Source: Balanoglossus misakiensis (taxonomy: Eukaryota; Animalia; Hemichordata). Taken from it: DNA of 64,000 bases. The notes beneath the pieces are model-generated. The model saw only the letters and a list, made by a program, of their open reading frames with translations, made no database searches and was not told the origin of the DNA. The stretch covers positions 329,323 through 393,322 of the forward strand of contig CM082589.2 in assembly GCA_040954595.2 (NCBI GenBank), given 5' to 3'. Of this stretch, positions 1 to 14,516 are shown piece after piece. Position 1 is the stretch's first letter. Every line of letters begins with the position of its first letter. Made by a program: the position numbers and the translations under genes.

Positions 1-3000
1 GGACTCAAACCTGGTCATAAAGTGTGATTTATGACAGTGATCTCAAAATGTGAATATGATTTAATATAAAAAATGTGTAAAAAGTGATTATTTTTGTTCA
101 GGAATAATTGAAAGGAGGTTTAGAGATAATGTGTGCAATAGCAGTTTTGAAAACATGAAACTAACTGACAAAATGCAAATGTTGTTGATGAATTGAAAAG
201 TTCGATCTGTCAGAGGGTCTTCAATAGATGCCATGGAGTTATTGCAATAAAATTGTACCGGCACAGAACATATGTCTTTCCACATTTTAACTCTTTGTAT
301 TGCCACTAACAGTGTCACCTTATCGAAGAGAATTACCATAACAGATGTTTTTGGATGGCTACTTTTGATGTTAATGAGGAGAGGTTTCACTCGTCACTAT
401 CACCAGTACATGCATAAAATAGTTTCATAATTTTTCCCGCAGTCTAGGTAACATGTTGGCTAAAGACACAATTTACAGGTCAAAGGTCATAATTATTGAT
501 GAAACATTCTACTGAACAAATGAACCAATAGGTACATACAAGCCTTCACTGATTACTGTCAGTGTCTCTGCCGTTCTGTAATTGTAGGAGTAATTCTAAC
601 ATGACCTTTCTGAGTTAATTAGCAACAGTGCAATTAAATTTGTTGTTGTGTACACTGCCTATTAGCAATGATGCATACTGACTATTAAAGTTTTAATTGC
701 CTTAATTAAATGTGCTGTTAAGTTTACAGTATTCCCGGTGAGTAATGATGACATCTTGTCCATGTTTGGGTTAATTGCTGTAATTAATGGATGCCTGGCT
801 GCTAATGAGGTCACAATCTGATAAGCAGTGTGCATGACATCAGAAGCACCTTTCCCTTTTACTGCAGCAGTATATGCAGAATCTCTCAGTATCATCATAG
901 GGACAAAAGCGTATAGGTCTCAATGCTTGACATGTGAATAAAAATTGGCCCTCATCAGTGTAAAACAGATTAATTATTTCTCAAGAAGTCTAATGTTTGA
1001 ATTGTCATTTCCTTTTTAACCAGCAGTTTCAAATGTTTCAATTCAATTTTAGTTACTCCAAAGTGCAACTGAGGTACATGTACACGCAGCGCTCAGTAGA
1101 TATTCAGTGTTTTGTTAATGCAGAGTTTATTGTGTATGCAAGCTTGTGTTCCTACAATGAATTCTACCTATCTTTCTTCCAAGACTTTCTTGCTACATGT
1201 ACATGATGTAGATTTGAAATCCTGATAAAAGCAGGAACATCGAAAATCAATCAAAATGTCAAATATTAGCTTGACATTCTTATTCAGGGACATTAATTCT
1301 TCTTCAAGTTTGTGACCAACATCGACCCTGATTAAAGAGAAGGTCAAAAATTCACAGCCCTGAGTTGTTTTGCCGGTAAACTGATAAAAATTGCTGGTAT
1401 TCTTTAATACAAGAAGTGTAAACTATAGTTCTATAAGAAGGAACCCAGGTGTTGTGTGGAATCTTTAATTGTCTTATAATGCAGATTGGTGAATTATATA
1501 CTTACACAGCTTGTAGTCTTGCATTTGAAATGAAGCATTTTCTGAGTGAAATTGGTTCCAGGTACACTATACGCCTGTAAATATTCATGATCTAATCAAT
1601 AAGTGTATAGATACTGAAAAAATCCTATAACCAGCATGTTTGTATTTCTTAAAGCCTGAATAACTGCCATTTTTGTTTTACAATAGACACTGATGAAGTG
1701 AATAATCAAATCCAAGCTGTAAGTTTGTTCATGTTCAGCAACTCTATCTTGCTGTTCACTGCTTTTCAATGAAGCCACAACTCTCAACAGCTGGTAGCCA
1801 TATTGCAATTATCCCCAGTGTTAGTTTGCCAACAAGCATACAATGAATTACTTTTTGGAGAGGCCCGACATGTTTACTGACCAAACATTACATTGAGGAA
1901 TCATGATTTCATGATAATTGATATACCATTTTCTATGTGTGTCTAACTAAAAATACTTTTTCATGTGTTTTCATAGTTGTAAAAGCAAAACCTGATCAGT
2001 TTTTATTTGGTGGTGTGGATGTGGACTGTATTAAGGTCATTGTGTGGTCATTTTTGCTCTCAACAAATGTATCATCAGTTAAAAGTTTTCAAACTGTTAC
2101 CCAGGTAACAGTTCCAACGTCTGTTGCCTCATCCTCGGCAAATTATTACCACAAAATTATCTGTGCTCACAGGAAAAAATATATATGACATGATGATGTC
2201 CATTTCTGTTGCAGCCAAAGTCATGCATACATGTATATGATTAATTCTAAGATTTACATTAAAACACAGATGGTCTGTGTCCCGTAGGACCAGGAAACGA
2301 CCTCAACAAGGTCTGAGAGCAGATTGATTCAGGAAACTGACCTTTTGGGATGACTCGCAATCCCTTGGGGAAATAGTCGTATGCTGTTACCCTCATGACT
2401 ATAGTTCATTTGTATTGGTGATATGTGTTGGTTCCTGTTCAGTGTCAAGCAAAAGAGGCTTGCATGGATCACCATCTTTGCTCCTTGCCTCACCATGAAG
2501 CCCCATGTCAGTTAGATTTGTTGTCCTTACATGTTTCATATTCTGTGTACTAGCTGCTCTTATTAGTAAATATTTATCAAAAATCTGCAACTGAGCTGAA
2601 TGTTTTATTTTTTTAGAATTTATATTTTTTGTTTATTTTTAGTCAAACCTTTATTTTATCTCATGATTTAGTATCCCATGGGAGATGTGATCTCCATAAA
2701 AGCTGATGATAACATCTAAACAAGAATTTTGATTGAAGATTCAGTTGCCAAAATATGAAAAGAAGATGTGTTATGTTTTTAGAACAGGTTCACAGGAATG
2801 AGAAGCTAACCTTGAAAGACATTTTTGGGGGCCAAATTCGCATATAACAATTGACCCAGTGCAAGCTAGGTCTTCTGGTGGAACAATGCATAAACATGTA
2901 TTCAGTCTATTTTTATTTTAAAAATTCTGGTATAAACCGAGAGTTGACATGTTATTTATTTTTAGACTGTAATGAAGAGTACATATTTATCTAGTTTATG

Positions 3001-5354
3001 GACAAGCCATATATGGCAATGACCCAGCATTGGTGAAATGACCTTTACATACCTTTCATTATGCATACGTAAAATAAAACGAGATTAGTGGACATGACTA
3101 TCACCAAATTATGGTGTCTCGTTGGTGTCACCAAGCTTATTGGAAATTGACTATCAACTTAAATGCTGAAACATTTTTCTTTTTGCTCTCTTCGGCTAAT
3201 CATATTTAAAATTCAAGGTAAAAAGAATTTCAGTGCTAAAGATATAATTGATACAAGCAAAACTGTTTAATTAGAAACAGATAACTGGAATCAATGATTC
3301 AAAGTCATGATGAAGCAAAAAGCAGCTAATTATAGTGACCTGATTATCAAATGTGCAGGTATTAGAACAGAGTTGTATAAACCTCTAGCTGTGATGGTAT
3401 TTTAATCTCAGGCGCACTGTTGTGTTAGCCAAGAGGGCTCAGTACCAACATGTGCCAATCAATCCAGTAACTTACACTGTATTTGATACTTTTGTGTATA
3501 TTTTATTACATATTTGTTACACTATTGCAAACTGATGTAGTGCTGACTTCTGTTTCGTGTCGCTTGGAAAGAAACTGTGAAAGTTAAGACTGTAATTAGT
3601 TTTGTACATGTCACCCGAATCTTTCTTAGATATGAACCTAGAAATATTTTAAAACATCCTTTTGGGTGCATTTTTATGTGTGCTATGGCCACATGATTTC
3701 AAAGGTGCAAATCCAAAATAAATTTCCCACTGCGTTGGCTCTGGACCAGACCAAATGCATCAGGCTATAGTAACAAATGTATATGAACAAATTGGCACAA
3801 GGTATCGAACAATAGGACAATTAGCTAACACTGCCAACCCATTAGTAAATTGGAAGAAATGTCACCAGATAAGTATTGTACACTCCACTGAACATTGCAA
3901 GAGTCATCATGGATCATTTAATGCCTTAGTAGGCCAATATTGTGGGACCTTTGAACTTGAAGTCTATTGACAAGTGAAAGCTCTTAGGATTGGGAAACAC
4001 CAGCTGGCATTCATTCTAATTTTCACCTTCAACTTGCATTATAAATCCCATTCATTTAATGGTCAGATAAAAACAGCACATATATGGATGTCAAGAGTGC
4101 ATTGCTAATGTGCATCTGTGGTAGCTGATTTTTATGTGTAGGCACGTTGCGGTATAAACTCAGTCTTTACTACCGGAAAGGGGAGTTATAGAGATCCCAG
4201 AATGCATTGCTTGATTGATTGATGGGCTGGCTTAATAGAACCATATTTTTGTGACCATACTTTAATCTACCTTTAGTTTAACAGTACCATAGAATAATAT
4301 AGTATTTATGATGAATAATAGAATGGACAGACTTTTTATCAGTTGCATACCAGTATTTACAGTTTGCATGCAATTCCTTGTAGAGTGTCCTTGAAATGTA
4401 TGAAAAAATATAAGTATGAAATTGTTTGCAGTTACCCTAGATATAGTAGTTGAGCAATATTTACCGTGTCATTACAACCGTCAAAATTTTAATGAACTTG
4501 GTTAAGGGTTTATGCTGTTTACTCATTTCTAAACAAAAGACTCCTGTCTGATCAGCTGCCACAGCTGTTCAAAATCATGTGACTGATACAACTTGTCAAG
4601 TGACAAAAATAAAACTTGAGTTTGTCATGTATTATTTCCCATACAATGGATGATGTCGACAGCATTAACATGAAATGGTGACAGATTTGTGAAAACTTAG
4701 CACAGCTGTTCTCAAACTGGTCACAACTGTTTGTATTTTGATGAGATTAAATCAGTTACACCTATTCACAGATTTGCAGCTATCTGTACATTCTACAGAA
4801 TTGTTTTATTTTGTTCCTTTGGTATTTTATAATTTAGAGTCTGTCCTTTATTTTGAAAACATAGCCCAAAGATCCAATTTAGTTTAACAATTTTGTTTTG
4901 TATGATAGTACCACATGTCTTTTGGTATGTGTTTCATTTGCAGAGAAGATTTTTTATTTTCTCTGAAAGTTTTGATTGAAATACATTTATCAGAATTCAT
5001 CAATGGTGGTCTTGTACCATGTGGTCTCATACAAATCACAATTTGTAAAGGTATTTTTTGAACCTATGTTTGGAAACAAAACTGTTGGTGCTAATAAAGC
5101 ACTTCTCTGTAAAGTGTAATGGTATGTGTAATTGGACTTTGCCTGCTGCATATCTGAAGCATGAAAAGCTCATTTCTATTCTTCCAACTGTGATATTGAA
5201 TATAGAAAGATCATCACACATTTGATGTAGTCCACTTTACTGTTCATGAATGTTTGTTGCCCAAAATGTCTCACAAAATATGTTTTGCAGGATAATATTA
5301 CCTCCACTATAATATTGATAGCAATGTGGTGTGATGCAAAGATTCAAAAAGACA

Positions 5355-5490
5355 TTGTGGTCCATTGGTGAGGGTATATATGAGCTTACTATCTGAAGAT
5401 AGTTAACCAGGAAATGTCATGATGTTGTGCCCTTGAGCAAGGCACTTTACTTCTCATTGCTTCTCTTTTACCCAGGAGTGGTGGGTACCT
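5355..5490 (+). mobile_element. Decayed tRNA-derived SINE fragment (CORE-like central domain)
   Basis: A-box-like tggtccattgg followed by gttgtgcccttgagcaaggcactttac...cattgcttctct...acccaggagt...gggtacc, which resembles widespread metazoan SINE central domains. Confidence 0.55.
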
Positions 5491-8400
5491 CATTCTGTAG
5501 ATGTGCTATATTCACCTGTTTGATGATGGAAAAAAAAGCAAAAACTATAGTTGTAAAGTATAAAGGGCCGTTTAGAATAGGATTTGATGCATTTCTGTGA
5601 CAGCAAAAAGAAACAGGTTTGTTCTTCTGAAGAATAAGCTGTGTGTAAAATAATACATGTATAGGCTCTACAGCAAGAATATGGTTATATGAGAACACAC
5701 AGATGAATGAGGATGATGATTCAAAAACGTGGTCTCCTGCTTCAAGGTCCATCCATAATTGGACTGTAATATTACATGCCACTTTCAAGAAATTCATTGT
5801 GAATCAATGAAGTGTAACATTTTGTAATTTTCTACACTTCTCATCTCAAAGTCTCTGAAATCTTGACATGACTGTGTTAACACCACATTGTGCAGAAATT
5901 TGCATATAGCGTGAAACAGCTAAGTTCAATTGGGCAATGTGGGGGAAAGTGTTACAGTTCATTGAAGTTTCAGTGGACTGTCGTCTAGGAAACCATTCTG
6001 CACAATTTGATTGCAAAATTTCCTGTATGTTTCTTATCCAGTTCAAAGAAGTGATGAATTCATAGACATGAAGGCATGTAATGAATGGCAGTGAGAATTT
6101 TCATTCCTAATTTTGCACATTCAACTGGTCTCTGTACAAATTGCATTTTATAATTCTAGTCTTCCACTTGCTACAATTCAAAAACAATATGCATTTCAGG
6201 ATATTCTTATAAAATGACTGTCTACTACTACTAGTTGAAGATGTCATCCTGTTTGTGAGTGGACCATATAAGGTACAAAGTAACAACTTTTATGACTGAA
6301 CTGTATTCCAGTAATCCATGATGATGTAGTGTTTTACTATGTAATATTTTTGAATTCATGCTGTTTGCTTTATAATAATGCGTACATGGTCTCTCCAGTA
6401 TATCACCTCGTTTGAACTTTACTTGTAAAGTGTAATCCATCCTTGGACTGAAGCAAGGCTATAACTTCCCTTATATCTGACCTGGATGCCCAATTTCCTT
6501 TCATACTTATAGTGTTTACGAGCTTGTAAGTTTTCTCCATGGCTGTATAAAACTAGGTCTTATAAACAAGATTGCACCCCATTAAACAGATGTAATATAA
6601 GCCACACTTTAATTGTTACATCTTTAACCAGTCTTCTTATTTGTGATACGCAAAGCTCTGGCCAAGGAGACTATACAACTAACCCTCTATACTCTTGGGA
6701 CTACTTCACAAGTTATCACATGACAGGTGTCCATGGAGATAAAAATGGATATTAAGTTCCTCGTTGGCATTTGACAGGTGTTCAGCCTAGACATGGCGTT
6801 TGCTTTGATGAGATCAATAACCTGTCTTTCCTGTTGGAAGGTGCCAGAGATATTCACACATGATAGTAGAGTAGAGTACGTTGCATGTCGAGTGGTGAAA
6901 AAATTACAGATAATTTACATCATTTTTGTAAGAAGGCTTGCATTCATTACTTGTGTTTTAATGGAGTTAAAATATTGATGATGTGTGCAAACATTTGACA
7001 TAAGTACAGTAAAGAAACTTGTGATGAAAATCGCCAAAATTTCAGAAACTAATTCACTGAATTTCCAGGAATCTTTCAAGAAAATATTTAAAAGTGGTTT
7101 TAAAATTACCTAAAGTACATGTACATGCACATTTCTTATAGCCAAGCTGAATAATCACACTTTTAGGAAAATGAATTTTGGGAAAATAGTTCTATATTCT
7201 GAGTGCAGTCTGAGTCATATCTTGTAATAAATACTGGCATAGCCGGAAAGCTTTTGAGCCATCAGTACTTTAAGCAACCTGCATGAATTGAACTTTTTCT
7301 TGTTGTGGTAAAGTGCAGACCGCTGTAAAAAACTTAACTAATTTCTCTGTCCTAAACAATAAAAAGTAATACATTGTTTTGACTAGAAATATTTCAGCTT
7401 TCAAAAAATAATGTTTGAGATTTGTGGTAAAGCAATTTATTGATCAGGCAAAGACTTAGTTAGCTCCATGTGTTATTTTGAGTGTCAATTTAGCTTTTGA
7501 AAAATTAAATGCTTTCATGTAAAACTCAAGGCAAAGAGTTGTTCAAGTTGCAGTTTTGTACATTATCAATATCCCATTTTCACACACATAACAAAGCACT
7601 ACTTTAACTGTTATTTTAAGGTAATAGTTCTACGTTGAAATTAAGTGCATTGAATAATAGATCGAGAAAAGTACTGGTCGTTTCACCATTTTTATTGGAC
7701 TAATCAAAGGTTTTCTGTGACCTTAATTTGACATTTTCATTGTGGTTCCATTTCATTCCAAATGTAATTACGTTGATTGGGCATTCAATGCAATATTGTA
7801 CTTTGAGTGGATTACTGTCATTTCAAATCAACTATTTAGATTTCTAATAATCAGGCCATTTGTGCTGTATTGTGCTTATAACGAAATATGCCTGTCTTAA
7901 TCTGCTGCCACAGTCAAAAGCTCACATAAGAAATTTTTCATGGTGTAATATAACGTTCTTCACCGAGTTCATGTATGTAAAAATATGTCACCATATCAAA
8001 TGACATGCAATGAGAAATTGTTTGAAATTTGCATCTGGGTTGAATGCACACCTGCTACAGTAGATAATACTGTTTTGCTTTGGCTTTTTAATATTCAGTT
8101 TTTCGTCTGTACATGTCCATGATACAGAGATCCTGTGTGATGATGGATTACATTTATATGCAAATGTCATCATGCGTGATATATTGGTATTACCTGTATC
8201 TTTCTCAAATCTCTCTTACCAGTTTCAATTTTGGACAAAACGTATATTTCTGTTTTGCTATTTATAGCAAATAGGTTTTCTGACAAAACCACCCACTGCC
8301 ATTTTATAGAGCCTTTGACTAAATTCCAATATCAGGTAATCAGCTAATTTTACAAAATATTAACTTTCTATCAAAAATTTAATTTTTAGAAGTAAATGAT

Positions 8401-11400
8401 ATGTAAATTAAACCACAGTATCGTTTGTTTTTAAATGTGAAATATAAAATGCTTATTAATTACTGAATATTTTGAATACTTATACCCCCATACATTTTCA
8501 TTTACTTGGTATTGGTATACTGTTTCAGTTTTTTATTAAACTAGTGCTCATGTTGTTTGAAATATTTTCACATGATTGCTTAGGTTTGTCTGTTCACTGT
8601 ACAATAAGCCTGAATCTGTGTTTTCAGGGAGAATTTTGAATTCTGGTAGCCCAGAGATCTAATGTTTAGGTCCAGCATTGCTTTTCAGCAAGTTTGGGCA
8701 AATGTTATTGGAACCACACAGTCTTCACTATTTGTTCAACCCTGCTGATCAGAAGTATTTTCTTTGAGATTGTTCAATAGAATGTTTAGATTGTGAGATG
8801 AGTGTGTAAGTGCCCTTACAGGGGTAATTGTGACAATCAATTACTGATAAACAGCATGCCTGTTAAACTATTATGCTCCAGGCTTTATTTACCTGTGCAA
8901 CCAATACATCATAAGAATGGTAAATGTCTATGAGGAGTGTTGAAAACACGCAATATAGCAAAACGGCAAACAGCTGTCTCTTAATTGCTCTGAATGAGTT
9001 TGAGATCTCTCTAGACTCCCTACAATGAGCTCTCTCTAAAATTCCCCTGAACATAATTTCTATAATAAATTCCAAGATAAAGTTGAACAAGTTTGGCTCT
9101 GGAATGTTCATTGCTTTTAGACACTGGAATATCCTTTTTCTTTAATTAAAGGCAGTCTTTAGTTGTAATGAAATGGATTTTCTTTCTGCAAATATGCCAG
9201 GTGTAGCAGTCCAGACCATTCATTTTACATCAAATCTTTTGTGATGTTGTCTTTGAGCTATGCCGAGATTACACATAGCATCTGCCAAACTGTTAAGAGT
9301 GGCTGTTGGTTTTATTCTGACGCACGGATACACATGTACATCAGCAAATTAAATTTCCAAGCACATCAGAAGATAAACGTAGCATTGTACCTGCAGAATA
9401 ATCATAGCTTCCTCCAATTCGAAAAAGTATAATGAATTATTATATTATGATTTTGTTTAAATTTAAATTAAAAATTAAAACATTGCATCATGAATGAAAG
9501 AAATACTAATTAGCCTTTGAATGAAAGTGTACCATAATATGTCACATAATGCTGTAGCTGAGTGCTTGGAATTCTCGCAGTTCAGACTAGAGTATCGTTA
9601 CCATGGTTCCGTGTTTTACTTGTGTGCAACCTTACCCTGAAGAAGTCTTCAACAGACTCAAACATTCCACATTAATGGCATTGAAATCGTGAATTATTTG
9701 TACCTTCATTCCTTGACTATAAACTGACTAGTAATCTAGACGTCTACCAGTTTAAAAAAGCAGATTTTATCAATCTTTCTGATCCTTGTTGCACTTTAAA
9801 TCATACCTACATGTATGATATACATTTACCTGTTCTCTTGATGATGTCAAGCACCATTTAGAGTGAGCAACGGATTTGCCACTTTTTACAGAGGACTTCA
9901 AAGCCTAGCAACCCCACCATATGTCATGTACAAGTGATTTCTGCATTTTTCGGTTGAAACTGCGTAGAAGCTGAAGAGTCTTATCTTCAGTGAAACCCAG
10001 CCGTTTGGAGATTTGCCAACTTTATGTAATAAATCTATTTTCAATATCCTGTACGACAAATGTAAGATAAATCTTGGATGAGTTACTTTCTAAATGACAC
10101 TTTTAAAATATGTTTTTGCACAGGAAGATATCAGTATATTCTATCAAGTGTGAGACTTTTGTTTACTTCATTGTGAAAGAACACTACACTAGAAGCGCTT
10201 GATGTTTGTTATTCTTGAAGGAAATTAGAAGCGCTAATATACATACTAGCAGTGACATCTATGCTTTGACAAAGTGATATTTTACAACAACAACTGTACT
10301 TCTGATATGAATAATTGAATAAAACTAATCTTTCCACCAACTGACATTTCTGTGTTCCACATTTAGAATACACTGAAATGTCAAGACAGCGTAATTGGCT
10401 GGGACAAGACAGTTAATCTGTCCATTTATCTTACATCGTCCAGATCCCCAAAGGGAAAACTTGGGAGAAGAAAAGCTAGAAAAAAGAAGGAATATACACT
10501 TCAGTATCATGTTTCATAAAACTCTCACACTTTATCCATACAGTGTGGTTTAAGTTTTTGTTTCTCACAGCAATGTTACACCATTGGAAAATGTGGGTGG
10601 CAATTGAAGGTTTATTTTGAAGAGTGAGATTTGAAGAGAGATGTCTTGATGCAGGGCACAAGAATATGGACCATGTGCTGTTCTAACTGACAAACATATT
10701 AGCTGTGGTGATCTCAGATAGCAAAGGGCACACACAAGAGAGAAATCGGCCTATTTGGAACGCAACATGCATTTTAAATGTAATTTTGACATGGGTGTAA
10801 TCTGCGCTTGTTCACGGTTTCCATTCATGAATTTCTAAGACTAAAGTGATCCCAAAATTCTCACCATGCAGGATAAATTCCTGTTAAAGTCTATGACATC
10901 TCAAGTTAATAAATCACAAAAATATAATATCTGTCAAAGAAAATGTTCAATCACCATATTAAGGCATGTCATTCATAACTACAGTACTGTTGTGTATAAC
11001 ATGACAGGTAATACTTTCCTCTGAAGTTTAGGTTTTTACCCTGACAACTGTAATATTCTGAAGAAAAGTTGAACAGAATTCTTTAATTTCATGGTATTGA
11101 GCATGTCAGTTAGCATATGTCTCTTTGCTGCTTTGTGAGTAACACATGTCAAAAGGTACATGTATTTGTACTTATACAATCATGTAGATGGAGGCAAAGT
11201 TAAATAACTGAAAATTCAGTTGACAGGGATGCAGAAAGTCTTGTGGATAATGTACATGTTTAATCAGAGGCAAGTCAAATTAATCTTGGCAGAAGTTATT
11301 TTATTTTGGAGTTCATGGTTTTGAGGGTGGAATGGATGTGTGACTATGATTAGTCAGATGTTACAACTAGAGAGTAGTGTTACTTGTGAATAACTGCTAT

Positions 11401-14289
11401 ACTGCTCGGATAGCACAGAAGAATTTTGGAATTACATGCACTAATTTGTTTTTAAGCTGAATGCGAGATTTCTAATTTCTAATTTTTAATATGAGGAAAT
11501 ACATGTAAGTCCTCGAAACAGTGCATTGGCAGCTAATATTCTGTAGCTGCTAGGATTCAAGCCTGTTTTAACTATCTTGGCAATTTAACCATTAAAGTTT
11601 GATTGCACGCCACTGTTAAGATTACCACACTTTAAAACTCCAGGTTTGTATGCCAGATCAAAAGCTGTCTCCTGTGTGTGAATGTATCAGATAAAAAGCA
11701 GTTGTGCTCTCAATATTTTAGCCTTAGAAAACTCTTTAGCTCTTGTGTGTGAATGCACAGTGTGTATAATCACATTCAAAGAAAGTGAGGACTTTTTAAC
11801 TCTAACTCAGGAAATCACCGTTTTTAGTTTTCTCAAAACAGCCGCAGTGTCAGCAAATGCAAATGTTCAGCCCTTTGATCGTGTATCCGGTAGCAACAAT
11901 GGAATAAGGAGGTAACATCAGGAGACTTTTAAAGCATTCTTTGAATATGACTGGGCACGTTTATGTGTGATAGTATTCATGTATAGTGATGGATTGGTGG
12001 ATTTATAAAGCGTTTTGTTGAAATAGGAAACTGTGATTCAGTTCAACTCTTCTGTGCCTTAATTCATCAACTCTTTTAAAATAAAACCAAAGTGTCAGCA
12101 CTGTATTTTAAAGATTTCAGATTCAGCCAAAAGTCTGTATCCAATTTTCACAATTTAAGCCAAAGGAAGTAAATTCTTTGTTATGCGTCCATGTGCAATT
12201 ATGAACGTATCCCACTTTTGCTGTAATATGTGAATAGCAGAATATGTATTTTGTTGTTATGATGCCAGGATAATAAATCCTGTTGTCACTAAACCCTTAT
12301 CCCAGCATTACATCTTCAAAATGCCAGAAATTAATAGACTTAAATGTGTGCTCCAAAGAATATTTCTGTGGATATATCATTTGCTGCAAGATACGATGTA
12401 TGCCTCGACAAGTCTCATCCGCTTCGCTTAATTTTTGTCACCACTGATTGGCTGCTGTGGGGAAGCCTTCTAACAACTTCTCTTGATCTTGAAACAAAAA
12501 AGTAATGCTACCAGTAGTCGATATATTTTTCATGGTTGCGCTCACATCAAACGTGCTTCTTAGATTGTGGAGGGCATGTTGATGTACAGATGACCCAACT
12601 TTACTCGCATTAGAAAGCCTGACTTCAAGCGAAATTGCAGATTATCAGATCAGAAGCGTGAGAGCATGGATAGAACTTGAGGCTTCCAATTAAAAGACAG
12701 CGTTGTCAAATATATCAGATGAAACTGGTGGCTGGGTAGCCTCTTGTCAGGGTTTTAACGCCATTAAAAACTTCAGTATCATAAAAAACTACTTGTATTT
12801 GTGCACTTAGACGACAATTCTGTGTTAACTTGTTGTTTTCTTGAGCTTTTGACGAACTTAAAAGATTTCAGTGTCACAATGCCCGAGGTGTAATGTTGAA
12901 GGAAATAGCAGAGTGGTAAATGCATTCATGAATTGCGCTGAAATTTATGTGTGAAGTGTTTTTTCCAGTATTATCATGGTGTATTACGATAGTACTCAGT
13001 GAATCATTATAAGATTTTGATTGTGAAAACAGTGTTAGAAAATGGCTGTGGTTCAAACTGGAGATAATCAATTACAACACTCTTCAACTGAAGAGTGATT
13101 TTACAGTTCTTTCGTCACCATGGCAGCAATTCTAACATCACCCTGTTTTAAAGACATATTCTAGAAAACGAAAACAAATGTCGTATGTGTGTTACCTTCT
13201 GCATTGCCTAGAAAGTGTGAAATTTTGTGTATGGATCATTGATTTACCTAATCCAGTCATAACCTGCCTTTGTCTCTGTTCTATTCATGTGTAGCTAAGC
13301 TGGAAGATAGATAACATTTTCCCCGTTCTGTTACTGGGATGGTTTAAATGACCGTGAAATTTCCTTTGTGCTGGAAAAATCACTGGTGTAAAGCAACTAT
13401 GATAAAATCTACAGAAGTGTTAAAACCTGCTGCAAATTATTTTTACTTGGAAAAGTAACAAGAAACATCTATTATTATCAGTGGTATTCATAGTAACAAT
13501 CAAATCCACGTACCACTTATAGGCAAAAAATTAATTTCTGTCGGTGAGATGCGAAGAGTGATAATATGTGCCCTTTAGAAATGTATTTTCACTCAAGATT
13601 GTTCTGGAAATATGTTGACATTTTCACCTCTGTTTTCACACAGGCACTAATGTACCAGTTCCTGTATAACACGTATCTCAAGAATGGCTGATCTGATAGC
13701 ATCAAATTTTTACATGGCAAAAACTGGTTCATTTCTGGTTGCTGTGACTTGCATAAATATATTATAACTGCATAAAATGTAATGAATTGTGGTGGAAAAT
13801 TCTCAGAGTTACAATTTGATAGACTTTTTGCTTGATAAAGCATGTCTCATGGTCAAAACATAGTATTAATAAGATGAAAATTATATCATTCTGTAAATTA
13901 ATAAGTTAATGTCCCAAGGGAACATTCATTATTGAAGTACAGTGTTCAATAGACCTCTCGTTCAAAGATTTGTACATGTAGTTGGTGCAATGTAAATGCT
14001 AGACAGCATGGCATTTGTGTAACTGTTCTCTGTTCCACAGTTTGTACGTTGTCTCTAATAATCCTCTGAGAATTTTCTTGTAGATTCAGGTTTTATTTTG
14101 TTTGCATAGAATTTCTTTCACAGTTGAATGCTGTTGCGTAGGACCCTATCACATTATATGGCACACATTAAATCCACAATGTTTCTGACTTAAAATGTCA
14201 AGCGTAGAAATTTCAAATTTGGTTCAATTCAATCTGTTTGTCAGAATATTGATTTCAATATACAATGACCAGAGATAAGCTTTCTTTCT

Positions 14290-14516
14290 TTCTGTGCAAT
14301 CGAAACAGTTATGATCGGCCACTGGCACAGGTTTCGAGAGGACGCGCAAGTTTGATCGTTTTGTGCTGGAAGGACTATACGAAAATAAATAGTTTCGAAA
14401 AAACAATGTGTACAATAGAATGTTTTTCGGAGATAAGAAAATGCAAAAATTAACCGTTGTGGAATAGTCACCTCTGTTGAAATTTTCCTGTCGCGAAAAT
14501 TTCCCGTTTAACAGTA
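14290..14516. mobile_element. Possible non-autonomous DNA transposon remnant
   Basis: Locally CpG-rich patch ending in tcgcgaaaatttcccgtttaacagta, a MITE-like ACAGTA terminus. The matching left end was not found. Confidence 0.3.

Noticed and set aside
9241-9432. ORF with SY...GCWFYSD, vaguely like the missing PVSYTAGFY...SDK exon
   Set aside because: Spacing and residues do not align, and there are no suitable splice sites.
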